Shown in pieces: positions 26,763 through 34,921 of a stretch of DNA of 64,000 nucleotides. The position numbers were made by a program, and so were the translations under genes. Source of the DNA: Candidatus Firestoneibacteriota bacterium (GTDB lineage Bacteria > Oederibacteriota > D2-FULL-39-29); the NCBI GenBank assembly GCA_903928075.1, contig CAIYPD010000115.1, positions 371 to 64,370 on the forward strand, read 5' to 3'. The notes under the pieces were generated by a model. It ran no database searches. It saw only the letters and a list, made by a program, of their open reading frames with translations, and was not told the DNA's origin. Position 1 is the first letter of the stretch. The number at the start of each line of letters is the position of its first letter.

Positions 26763-27656
26763 ATGCCTATAAGTGACGGATCATTAAAAGACCTTTTAGA
26801 AACTGTCGAGGACGGGGTTTATTTTGTTGACGCCGGCCGCAAAATAACCTACTGGAATAGAGGCGCCGAAATAATTACCGGTTTTACCTCAGACGAGGTA
26901 TTGGGCAAACCCTGTTCGGCAAATATCCTGATACATATTGATGATTCAGGAAAGCATCTCTGTCTCGGCGGCTGCCCGCTGCATAAATCACTTGAAGAGG
27001 ACTGCGCCGTGACCGCCGATGTTTATCTGCATCATAAAGAAGGCCACCGTGTCCCCGTTTCCGTAAAAATAATCTCTATAAAAAACTCCGAAGGAAAGCC
27101 TCTCGGGGCAGTTGAGATCTTCAAGGAAAGAATGCTATTAACCGATAAAATTGAAGACCTGAAAAGAATGGCTTATTTTGATATCCTGACCGAAGTCGGC
27201 AACCGCAGGCATGCGGAACAAACCCTGGCTTCGAGGATTGAAGAAAGAATAAGATACGGTGTTGATTTTGGACTTCTTTTTTTAGATATAGACAATTTTA
27301 AGCATATTAATGATACCTTCGGCCATGCAACCGGGGACCGGGTCTTAAAAATGATAGCCAAAACTCTTTCTAAAAACACACGGCCTTTTGATATTATCAG
27401 CCGCTGGGGCGGAGAGGAGTTTTTAGTGCTTCTTGAAAATATTGATACCGCCAATCTTGCCCGCATTGCAGAAAAAATTCGCATGCTTGTATGTGCCTCC
27501 ATGGTTCTGGTGGATAACAAAGCCATTTCCGTTACGGTTTCCATGGGAGCAACGCTGGCAAAAGATAAGGATACCACTACAGAACTAATAGACCGGGCCG
27601 ACAAATTAATGTATAACAGCAAACAAAGCGGGAAAAATTGCGTGACCATTGGGTAA
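26763..27656 (+). CDS. PAS-domain diguanylate cyclase (GGDEF)
   Basis: The N-terminal PAS domain (VYFVDAGRKITYWNRGAEIITG) is followed by a GGDEF domain with an intact GGEEF active site. Confidence 0.9.
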   Translation: MPISDGSLKDLLETVEDGVYFVDAGRKITYWNRGAEIITGFTSDEVLGKPCSANILIHIDDSGKHLCLGGCPLHKSLEEDCAVTADVYLHHKEGHRVPVSVKIISIKNSEGKPLGAVEIFKERMLLTDKIEDLKRMAYFDILTEVGNRRHAEQTLASRIEERIRYGVDFGLLFLDIDNFKHINDTFGHATGDRVLKMIAKTLSKNTRPFDIISRWGGEEFLVLLENIDTANLARIAEKIRMLVCASMVLVDNKAISVTVSMGATLAKDKDTTTELIDRADKLMYNSKQSGKNCVTIG

Positions 27657-27739
27657 AGAACAGCCGCAGACACTACCATGTCCCGGATTTCTTTCAACAT
27701 TAAGATAGGAAGTTTTTTTAAACATAAAGGACAAATATT

Positions 27740-28642
27740 ATGGCGAAAAATATAATACCTGCCTTTCCTGAGTTTTCAGGAATCTCCTGTGATTTTTACG
27801 ATGAAATCAAAGGGGAACTAAGGCTCGAGCAGCCGGAAATCTCTGAACACTCCCCGGGCTTCATTTATGGTTATCGCGAAGTATTAAAACTATCAATCTC
27901 CAGGTTGAACGGGAATATAATCTTAAGGGGTTTTTACGACGGCCACAATCTCATTGTGTCCCCTATCGGCAAAAAGAAACCCGTAGAGACTTTTACCGCT
28001 TGCATAAAGCATATTAAAGATAATTTTGGGGCAGGCCGGATAGGTGCAATACCAAAAACAACCGCTATGGAGCTTGCGGGAGCGGGCTTTAAACTCCTCG
28101 AGGACCGCGATGATTTTGATTACATTTATGATGTTAAACAACTGATTAATCTCTCCGGGGAAAAATACCATTCCAAAAAAAACCTGATAAACAATTTTAT
28201 GAAACGATACCTTTACGAGTACAGAGTTCTGGACAGCGCCATTATTCCCGCCTGCCTTACCCTTCAGGAAAAATGGTGCGACCTTAAAGACTGCAGGGAA
28301 GAAACATCAAAAAATGCGGAAGACCGGATGGTACTGGCGTTATTAAATAATTTTTCTCGCTTGCAGCTTTTCGGCGGTGCAATTCTTATCGACGGAAAAG
28401 TTCAGGCTTTTACTTTACTTGAAGAACTTAATAAAACTACAGCTTTAGCGCATGTAGAAAAGGCCAACACTGAATATAAGGGGATTTATCAGGCCATAAA
28501 TCAGTTCACGGCAGAAAAGCTTCTCTCAAAATACGAATTTGTAAACCGCGAACAGGATGTGGGCGAACCGGGTCTTCGAAAAGCCAAGCTTTCCTATAAT
28601 CCTACAGGTTTCGCGGAAAAATACTTTATAGAAGTAGTATAA
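27740..28642 (+). CDS. DUF2156-domain protein (MprF/LysX C-terminal-like acyl/aminoacyl transferase fold)
   Basis: 300 aa with an AAAGGA RBS. Motifs SGEKYHSKKNLINNF and NREQDVGEPGLRKAKLSYNP are present. Confidence 0.65.
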   Translation: MAKNIIPAFPEFSGISCDFYDEIKGELRLEQPEISEHSPGFIYGYREVLKLSISRLNGNIILRGFYDGHNLIVSPIGKKKPVETFTACIKHIKDNFGAGRIGAIPKTTAMELAGAGFKLLEDRDDFDYIYDVKQLINLSGEKYHSKKNLINNFMKRYLYEYRVLDSAIIPACLTLQEKWCDLKDCREETSKNAEDRMVLALLNNFSRLQLFGGAILIDGKVQAFTLLEELNKTTALAHVEKANTEYKGIYQAINQFTAEKLLSKYEFVNREQDVGEPGLRKAKLSYNPTGFAEKYFIEVV

Positions 28643-28717
28643 TTTTACGAAATAAATGCCTGTGGCGGCGGTAAAATAGGACATTTCTATTTTGCATTGA
28701 CAAGGCCACGCGGGAGA

Positions 28718-28746
28718 TTGACAAAATAACTTTACTGTGTTAGTAT
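28718..28746 (+). promoter_or_regulatory. sigma70-like promoter TTGACA-17-TAGTAT with TGn extension
   Basis: TTGACA at 28718-23 and TAGTAT at 28741-46, followed by a GAGAGGGGA RBS and the ATG at 28782. Confidence 0.45.
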
Positions 28747-28781
28747 TGTCTTGAAATGTCGAAAAGAGAGGGGAATGCTCA

Positions 28782-29366
28782 ATGAAGACGCCTAAAACAA
28801 GATTTTCACTTATTAAAGACGCGGTCTGGAAAAGAATATCCAGGGGAATCGGAGACCATCTTAACAAGCCGAATTTTTTAAAGAATAAAGCTCTTCAGCT
28901 TGATATACAAGACTGGTCCATAACTATAGACTCTTACACCTCCAACAAGACCCTCCACACCCGCTTCCGGGCGCCTTTTATCAATGACGAAAAGCTATCT
29001 ATCAAAATTTTTACAAAAGGAATGCTCGGTAGTGAAATGAAATTCTTTGGCATGCAGGACATCATAGTGGGCCATCCCGATATTGATGAAAAATACATAA
29101 TCCAGGGAAACAAAAATAATATATTGAAAGGTATATTTGAGAGTGTTTTGCTGCGTAAACTTATGATGGACCAGAAAGAACTCTTAATACAGGTAAAAGA
29201 TGACGAAGGTTGGTTTGGAGAAGCGACCAAGAAACCGGAATATGAGCTTTATGTGGAAGTACCCTACCTCATCAAAGATAACGAACAACTTACTGCTGTC
29301 TTTACTATCTTCTCCGAAATACTTTCTTTCCTCTGCGATAACTCGCCGGCCTACTTTGTTAAGTAG
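28782..29366 (+). CDS. hypothetical protein (194 aa)
   Basis: The ORF has its own promoter and RBS. No recognisable domain. Confidence 0.65.
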   Translation: MKTPKTRFSLIKDAVWKRISRGIGDHLNKPNFLKNKALQLDIQDWSITIDSYTSNKTLHTRFRAPFINDEKLSIKIFTKGMLGSEMKFFGMQDIIVGHPDIDEKYIIQGNKNNILKGIFESVLLRKLMMDQKELLIQVKDDEGWFGEATKKPEYELYVEVPYLIKDNEQLTAVFTIFSEILSFLCDNSPAYFVK

Positions 29367-29407
29367 ATTCTCTTAAAATAAAAGCCCGCAAACTTTCCCG
29401 GTGTTTC

Positions 29408-30235
29408 TTAGTATTTCAAATTGAAATTCTTGCCATAAGCTAAAAACTTTCTCAGTCTCTTATAGGATTTGGGATGCAGGAGAACAATAATAACGCCGCC
29501 AACAATATTCCCGAGCGTCACCGGAATAAGATTATGAAACATAGGAACCAACCCTTCAAGAAGCTCCCCTTTAATCATAAGAGCCGAGGGAAGGAAAAAC
29601 ATATTGGCAACAGAGTGTTCAAACCCGCCAATGATAAATACTGTTATGGGAAAGACTGTTGCGAGAATCTTGCCTTCCGTAGAAATTGAGGAAAGACTGA
29701 TGACTACCGCAAGACAGACCAGGATATTGCAAAGTATGCCTCTTAAAAAAGCGGGCCAAAATTCCAACGCCATCTTGGTATCTCCCGTTTTTACCAGAAA
29801 TTCGCCGAGTTTTGAAAGGCCCTCTCCGGAGAAAAAGTAGCCGGAACCAAAAACAAGAAAAACAACTAGAAGCGCACCGATAAAATTACCAAACCACACT
29901 ATCGCCCAGTTGCGAAGAATATGCACAAAAAAGAATTTTTTCTCAATGAATCCCGCAGTCATGAGCATATTGCCGGTAAAAAGTTCGGCGCCGGCCAAAA
30001 GAACCAGAATGAGACCGGTGGAAAAAACAACACCCGCGAACATCTTTGCCACACCGGGATCAGCGACTCCTCCGGCGAGAACAACGGAAGCTCCGACAGC
30101 GCCAAGCGCAATATAAAGCCCCGCAAGAATTGCATACATGAAAAGTTCAAAAAGAGTTAAACCGGCTTTTTTCTGGCCTATCCCGACCAGCGTATCATTT
30201 ATCTCTTTTGGTGTCAGCATCAGTGATTCGGGCAT
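29408..30235 (-). CDS. formate/nitrite transporter (FNT) family channel
   Basis: The ATG at 30235 has an AAGGAGAAAA RBS. The protein is polytopic with FNT-like motifs (LAGAELFTGN, GGFEHSVANMF). Confidence 0.85.
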   Translation of the reverse strand: MPESLMLTPKEINDTLVGIGQKKAGLTLFELFMYAILAGLYIALGAVGASVVLAGGVADPGVAKMFAGVVFSTGLILVLLAGAELFTGNMLMTAGFIEKKFFFVHILRNWAIVWFGNFIGALLVVFLVFGSGYFFSGEGLSKLGEFLVKTGDTKMALEFWPAFLRGILCNILVCLAVVISLSSISTEGKILATVFPITVFIIGGFEHSVANMFFLPSALMIKGELLEGLVPMFHNLIPVTLGNIVGGVIIVLLHPKSYKRLRKFLAYGKNFNLKY

Positions 30236-30262
30236 GATTTTTTCTCCTTTTTTAAAATGATT

Positions 30263-30297
30263 CACCGCCCTTGGCGAGATCTCACCGAAGGTGGACA
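30263..30297. repeat. GAGATCTC-core nested palindromic element
   Basis: CACCGCC-cttg-GCGAGATCTCAC-cgaag-GTGGACA. Confidence 0.75.
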
Positions 30298-30466
30298 CAG
30301 ATTACAAAACTTTTGATTACACTGATCAAATACAGAGAACATGGTACAAACAACAAGGAAAAACACTTTAATATGTTTCTCTTTACTTTCTTAACGGTCT
30401 CTTGTGCCTTGACCCTGCTTTTCTTTTTCACTTGCCAAACATCCAACCCTCTAACCCTCCAAACCT

Positions 30467-31135
30467 CTACTTAATGCTTACTACTTTTATTTTGAAGATC
30501 AGATCTTTTCCTGCAAGGAAATGATTAAAATCAAGCAGCACTCCATCGGCAACAATATCAACAATTACAGCCTGCATCGGCTGGCCATTCTGGTGCCTGA
30601 GACCCACTTCTGCGCCTTTCTCAAGTTTGTAATCCTTCGGGAAAAAATCCTTCGGAAACTTCTGAATCATCTTTTCATCCCGCTCCCCGTAGGCTTCAGA
30701 TGCCTTGATATTTAATATTCTTTCTTCGGCGAGTTTCATCCCGACAACCCCGCTGTCAAAACCTTTGATCATTTGTCCGGCCCCCACCGTAAAGCCCAGT
30801 GGTGCCCGGTCTTTGCTGCTGTCAAAGATTCTGCCGTCTTTTAAACTTCCCTCATATTCCACTTCTATCTTGTCCCCCACGCTAACGACTGTCTTTGCCA
30901 TAATTTTCTCCTCTGCTTTTGTTTTTGTTTCCGGCGTAAAAACATTATAGACAGGAGCAGGAGCTTGGACTTCTTTTTTACTAACTTCCGCCGTAACCGG
31001 AACGGTCTCTTTCTTTTCAACAGTTGTTGTTTTTACTTCAGGCAGCGCTGCCGTCTTTTTTTCCGCCGGAACTGTTGCACAACCCTGAATGAAAATGATC
31101 AAACCGGAAATGACCGCCAAATACTTTAGATTCAT
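30467..31135 (-). CDS. FKBP-type peptidyl-prolyl isomerase, SlyD-like with IF insert, predicted lipoprotein
   Basis: The lipobox FIQGC is followed by an FKBP core (VEYEGSLKDGRIFDSS...GFTVGAGQMIKGFD). An insert-in-flap segment comes next, and the protein ends FNHFLAGKDLIFKIKV. Confidence 0.85.
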   Translation of the reverse strand: MNLKYLAVISGLIIFIQGCATVPAEKKTAALPEVKTTTVEKKETVPVTAEVSKKEVQAPAPVYNVFTPETKTKAEEKIMAKTVVSVGDKIEVEYEGSLKDGRIFDSSKDRAPLGFTVGAGQMIKGFDSGVVGMKLAEERILNIKASEAYGERDEKMIQKFPKDFFPKDYKLEKGAEVGLRHQNGQPMQAVIVDIVADGVLLDFNHFLAGKDLIFKIKVVSIK

Positions 31136-31223
31136 ATTCTCTCCTTTTTAGGATTCCCCGCCGGATTTGGGCGGTATAGTGTCTGCCAAAGGAAAACCTT
31201 CGAAGACATGTGTAACGGCGTAT

Positions 31224-31252
31224 ATTATAAACCAGCAGTCAAACTTATGCAA
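31224..31252 (-). promoter_or_regulatory. sigma70-like promoter TTGCAT-17-TATAAT for the FKBP gene
   Basis: On the minus strand, TTGCAT is at 31252-31247 and TATAAT at 31229-31224. Confidence 0.4.
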
Positions 31253-31257
31253 CAATG

Positions 31258-31293
31258 AAAAACCCCGCTTCCAACAAGCAGTTAGAAGCGGGG
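31258..31293 (-). terminator. rho-independent terminator after the Cys-rich lipoprotein gene
   Basis: On the minus strand: CCCCGCTTC, a 13-nt loop, then GAAGCGGGG followed by TTTTT. The stem is a perfect 9 bp. Confidence 0.65.
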
Positions 31294-31367
31294 CATCATT
31301 CTTTTCCTTTCAAAATCCGCCTTTAGCGAGATCTCACAAGCACTCTCGGGCTAAAGCCGTATGGGGC

Positions 31368-32018
31368 TTACTTTGCGTACTTTTCGGGAGTCGCCATAAA
31401 TTTATCAGGGCAGCCGTTACAGCACATAAAATAGGCTTTGCCTTTATAATCTATCACCTGGGTAGCCGCAGTTACTTTAAACTTCTCTTTGGTCACCGGG
31501 CAGACGACTTCTTTGCCAATCTCCGCTTTTACAGCCTGTCTAACGGCCAGTTTCGCAGGATTCGCGCCTTTAACAGCGTCCTTTTTCATATCCTTCATAA
31601 CTCCGGGTTTCATACCTTTCATGTCCATCTTCATACAGGTACAGCCTTCTTTCCCGCAATTTTTCATGTCTTTCGCACAAACTTTACAATCTTTAGCGCA
31701 TACACAGGCAGCGGTTTTTCCGCTTGCTTTCATACAGGTACAGCCTTCTTTCCCGCAATTTTTCATGTCTTTCGCACAAACTTTACAATCTTTGGCACAT
31801 ACACAGGCCGCGGTTTTTCCGCTTGCTTTCATACAGGTGCAGCCTTCTTTCCCGCAATTCTTCATATCTTTCGCGCAAACTTTGCAATCTTTAGCGCAAA
31901 CACAGGCCATGGTCTTTTCCAGAGAACTCTCTTCAGAAACCGCAGCCTTCTGTCCGCATCCGCCAAGCAGCATAAAAGCAGCAAACAGCGGTAGAACCAA
32001 CAAACCTAACTTCTTCAT
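31368..32018 (-). CDS. Cys-rich tandem-repeat lipoprotein with Met-rich linker and C-terminal YHS domain (metallothionein-like)
   Basis: The lipobox LLGGC is followed by 3 x 33 aa (ACVCAKDCKVCAKDMKNCGKEGCTCMKASGKTA). Next come the linker MKMDMKGMKPGVMKDMKKD and a YHS/TRASH-like end (VCPVTKEKF...YKGKAYFMCCNGCPDKFMATPEKY). AAGGAGG RBS. Confidence 0.85.
   Translation of the reverse strand: MKKLGLLVLPLFAAFMLLGGCGQKAAVSEESSLEKTMACVCAKDCKVCAKDMKNCGKEGCTCMKASGKTAACVCAKDCKVCAKDMKNCGKEGCTCMKASGKTAACVCAKDCKVCAKDMKNCGKEGCTCMKMDMKGMKPGVMKDMKKDAVKGANPAKLAVRQAVKAEIGKEVVCPVTKEKFKVTAATQVIDYKGKAYFMCCNGCPDKFMATPEKYAK
31632..31928. repeat. 3 x 99-bp in-frame tandem repeat
   Basis: Unit starts are at 31632, 31731 and 31830. 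The copies differ by a few substitutions but encode identical peptides. Confidence 0.9.
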
Positions 32019-32077
32019 AATATACCTCCTTAAGGTAAACTTCTTCTTTAAGTGATTATATCAGAAATGCCCGAACT

Positions 32078-32106
32078 AATATATGTTAAAATTAAAACCG
32101 TGTCAA
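32078..32106 (-). promoter_or_regulatory. sigma70-like promoter TTGACA-17-TATATT for the Cys-rich lipoprotein gene
   Basis: On the minus strand, TTGACA is at 32106-32101 and TATATT at 32083-32078. Confidence 0.45.
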
Positions 32107-32154
32107 GCTATGTTATGCTTTTCCTAACTTTTAAAACAGAGAAATCATTTGCCC

Positions 32155-34734
32155 TTAACCGGCAGCCCTGGCTTGTCTATATTCCTTCTCAAGTTTCAAT
32201 GTCATAGTCTCAAGCGCAAATGTTTCTTCGGCGATTCTTCTGCCGTTTGCGCCCATTTCAAAAGCTTTATTTCTGATAACAAGGATACTTATCACTGCTT
32301 CGGAGAACTTTTTAATATCTCCGTATGAAAACACTTTTCCGTTAACCCCGTCCGTTATGAGTTCTGCGGCTACGCCGTTAGTCGCCACGACCGGTTTGCC
32401 CATGGCCATGGCCTGAATAAGACTTGTTCCCGGATCTTCAAATAAAGCGCACGAAACAATTAAATCGGCAGCGTCAACAACAGATGCAATGTCATTACGG
32501 AAGCCGGTAAATCTGAACTTGTCTTTCAAACCCAATTCCTCTATTTTAGCCTGCAGTCCCGCTTTATAGAGTTTATCCTTTTCGTCAAGCACGGCGCCTA
32601 CAAACATAAACTTGGCCTCCGGCAGGCTCCTGAGGATAAGCGGCGCGGCTTCGACAAGAGTTAACTGCCGTTTATTTTCGTTAATCCTCGCCACCAGCAC
32701 GATTACGGGTTCTTTATCAAGAAAACCGAATTCCTGACGGGCCGCTTGCCGGTATTTTCCGGGAAGCCATTCCGCTTTCAAGTCCAGGCCATTATAAATC
32801 GTAACGGTCCGTTTTGGATGGACGGGAAGCGTTTCCATAATATTCTTTCTAAATATTTCCTTTGAAGCTATGACTTTTACAACATTGGCAAACATCCAGG
32901 TATTAACAAGACCCATTTCCGCGCCGGATTTATAAGAATACTTACTTAAAATTATCGGGACCCGGTTGGCGAATCTGGACGCTAAAATAATATTTGAAAG
33001 ATCCGTTGTGGAATGCGAGTGTATTACCTGAATCCGGTATTTTAACAGTATTTTGTAGAGTTTATATATTTTAAAGGGGTTGGGGCGTATACCTATATCA
33101 ATATCATACAAAACAAAGCCTTCTTTCTCAGCCTTTTGATAGATGGTGGTACCTTTCTTTGCGGCTATTATTACCTTGTGCCCATGTTCTGCAAGTTGTT
33201 TTGAAATAGCAATGACATTCAGCTCTTTTATCTTAAAGGCGCCGGAAGAAACAATCTGCAGGATATTAAGATTACCCTGCCCTCTATTTGTTTCTCTTCT
33301 TCTTATAAGTTTTCCGACAACCCGCCCGGAAGAAGTAACAGGGAGAACCATATAGTCAAAAAGCACTCCCATCCCTTCGACGAAGCCGCCGGCAATACCC
33401 GAGCGCACCGAGCGGATAACTTTTTCCACACGCTCTTCCTGAGGTTCCAGTACTTTTTTTAGCAGTTTCATAGGAAAGGACCGCATGAACCCGCCAAGTA
33501 AAAAAATCAACTGAAAAGCACCGAAAGTATAATAGCCAAAATATCGGCCAAAATTAATATTCGCGGGACCTATGGAATCTATGAGCACGCCGGCAAGAAC
33601 AGGTCCTATAAAAGCCGTCACACTGGGAAAGAGCATATTAACAGACAAGAAATATGCCCGATCCTCTTTAGGGGCCAGTTTCAAGACAATGTTAAAAGCT
33701 CCGATATTATAACCGGCCCAGGCTATTCCGGCAATGACATATAAAACCGGGATTATAAAATAATAATTAAAAGGTGTTGTAATAAGCCAGAAAAACGGCA
33801 CTATTCCGACGACATTACCGCAAATCAGCATCACGGGCTTATTCCCGTACTTATCCGCCATCTTCCCCCAAAAAGGCGTAAGCGCGAGATTGGCCACCGT
33901 ACTTATAGTTCCAAACGCGGCTATCAGGGTATAGCTCATTTTAAGTTCTTTCAACATGAAAATATTCAGATAAACACCCATAAAAGAAAGCGCGAAGACC
34001 CAGGCCACATTAAACCAGACCAGGTTCATAAAGTTTTTTTCGGCAAACACCTTCCGGGTTTTTCTCCAAATAAGATCCAGGGAAAAATTATCTTTACTGG
34101 GTGCAGTATTCTTTGCGTCCGGCAACCGGTATAAAAGATAATAAGATATAAAACCGGCCAATGCGCCAATAACATAAATAGCCGTAAAACCAATATTCTT
34201 ATCCGGTACTTTATCCAAAAGCCTTCCTAATAATACACTGGCAAACATCGCAATAATTCCGGCAACTATAGATCTTCTGCCGAAATAAAAACCCCTTTCT
34301 TTTTCGGGGATAATATCGCTCATCCAGTTAGTCCAGGCAATAGAGGCCGGTATACTTATAACCGAAATTATAATAAAGAGCGCCACAAATAAAATTACCG
34401 GATGTGCGAAGCCGTTAAAAGCCACCAAGAAGGGAATGAGTGCCGGAATAACCCATAATAACCTGAGCGGAAATATTAGTTTGAGAGTTATTGCCTTTCT
34501 GGAAACCGCTCTTTCAATAAGATTTGAGGCAAAGGGCGCAATAATACTCGCCAGTACCGGTATTGTAGAAATTAAACCTATCTGTGTGTTGTTGGCACCA
34601 AGATGCAAAAGATAACCTGTTAAAAATAAACCGCCCTGAAATGTTACCAACCAGAGGATAATACCAAACACTATCTCCCAAAGAAAGTCATTGGAAACAC
34701 TGCCGGGCAATCCTGTATCTGTTTTGTTTTCCAT
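32155..34734 (-). CDS. fusion protein: N-terminal MFS transporter + C-terminal GT4 (GT-B) glycosyltransferase
   Basis: A single 859-aa ORF. Roughly residues 1-440 are polytopic and MFS-like. Roughly residues 480-859 carry GT4 hallmarks (HSHS..., VARINENKR, FEDPGTSLIQAMAMGKPVVAT). Confidence 0.8.
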   Translation of the reverse strand: MENKTDTGLPGSVSNDFLWEIVFGIILWLVTFQGGLFLTGYLLHLGANNTQIGLISTIPVLASIIAPFASNLIERAVSRKAITLKLIFPLRLLWVIPALIPFLVAFNGFAHPVILFVALFIIISVISIPASIAWTNWMSDIIPEKERGFYFGRRSIVAGIIAMFASVLLGRLLDKVPDKNIGFTAIYVIGALAGFISYYLLYRLPDAKNTAPSKDNFSLDLIWRKTRKVFAEKNFMNLVWFNVAWVFALSFMGVYLNIFMLKELKMSYTLIAAFGTISTVANLALTPFWGKMADKYGNKPVMLICGNVVGIVPFFWLITTPFNYYFIIPVLYVIAGIAWAGYNIGAFNIVLKLAPKEDRAYFLSVNMLFPSVTAFIGPVLAGVLIDSIGPANINFGRYFGYYTFGAFQLIFLLGGFMRSFPMKLLKKVLEPQEERVEKVIRSVRSGIAGGFVEGMGVLFDYMVLPVTSSGRVVGKLIRRRETNRGQGNLNILQIVSSGAFKIKELNVIAISKQLAEHGHKVIIAAKKGTTIYQKAEKEGFVLYDIDIGIRPNPFKIYKLYKILLKYRIQVIHSHSTTDLSNIILASRFANRVPIILSKYSYKSGAEMGLVNTWMFANVVKVIASKEIFRKNIMETLPVHPKRTVTIYNGLDLKAEWLPGKYRQAARQEFGFLDKEPVIVLVARINENKRQLTLVEAAPLILRSLPEAKFMFVGAVLDEKDKLYKAGLQAKIEELGLKDKFRFTGFRNDIASVVDAADLIVSCALFEDPGTSLIQAMAMGKPVVATNGVAAELITDGVNGKVFSYGDIKKFSEAVISILVIRNKAFEMGANGRRIAEETFALETMTLKLEKEYRQARAAG

Positions 34735-34778
34735 TTTAATACGCCTCTTACTGTTTCTCGATCAATTTTTGAATTACT

Positions 34779-34807
34779 ATTATATTGCTACAACCTTTTA
34801 TTTTCAA
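34779..34807 (-). promoter_or_regulatory. sigma70-like promoter TTGAAA-17-TATAAT for the MFS-GT4 gene
   Basis: On the minus strand, TTGAAA is at 34807-34802 and TATAAT at 34784-34779. An AAGAGG RBS precedes the ATG at 34734. Confidence 0.45.
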
Positions 34808-34864
34808 GCATATACGGATAAAACCGGAGATTTTGACTATAAAAGCAGAAAAATACGGTTTTTT

Positions 34865-34899
34865 CGGGAAGATAAAGGAGGCTCCGTTAAAAAGCCCCC
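34865..34899 (-). terminator. putative rho-independent terminator after the CoADR-fusion gene
   Basis: On the minus strand: GGGGGCT-ttttaacgg-AGCCTCC (7 bp including one G-U), followed by TTTATCTT. Confidence 0.35.
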
Positions 34900-34921
34900 T
34901 TTTTAATAAAATCACCGTCTT

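Noticed and set aside
31632-31928. 99-bp tandem repeat as an assembly artefact
   Set aside because: The copies are not identical. They carry scattered substitutions that are all synonymous, which is not expected from a mis-assembly. Copy number still needs read-level confirmation.
31167-31994. 275-aa plus-strand ORF with striking internal peptide repeats (FHTGTAFFPAIFHVFRTNFTIF...)
   Set aside because: It is the antisense shadow of the 3 x 99-bp tandem repeat. The minus-strand frame has an RBS, a lipobox, a recognisable YHS domain, a promoter and a terminator. The plus-strand frame has none of these.
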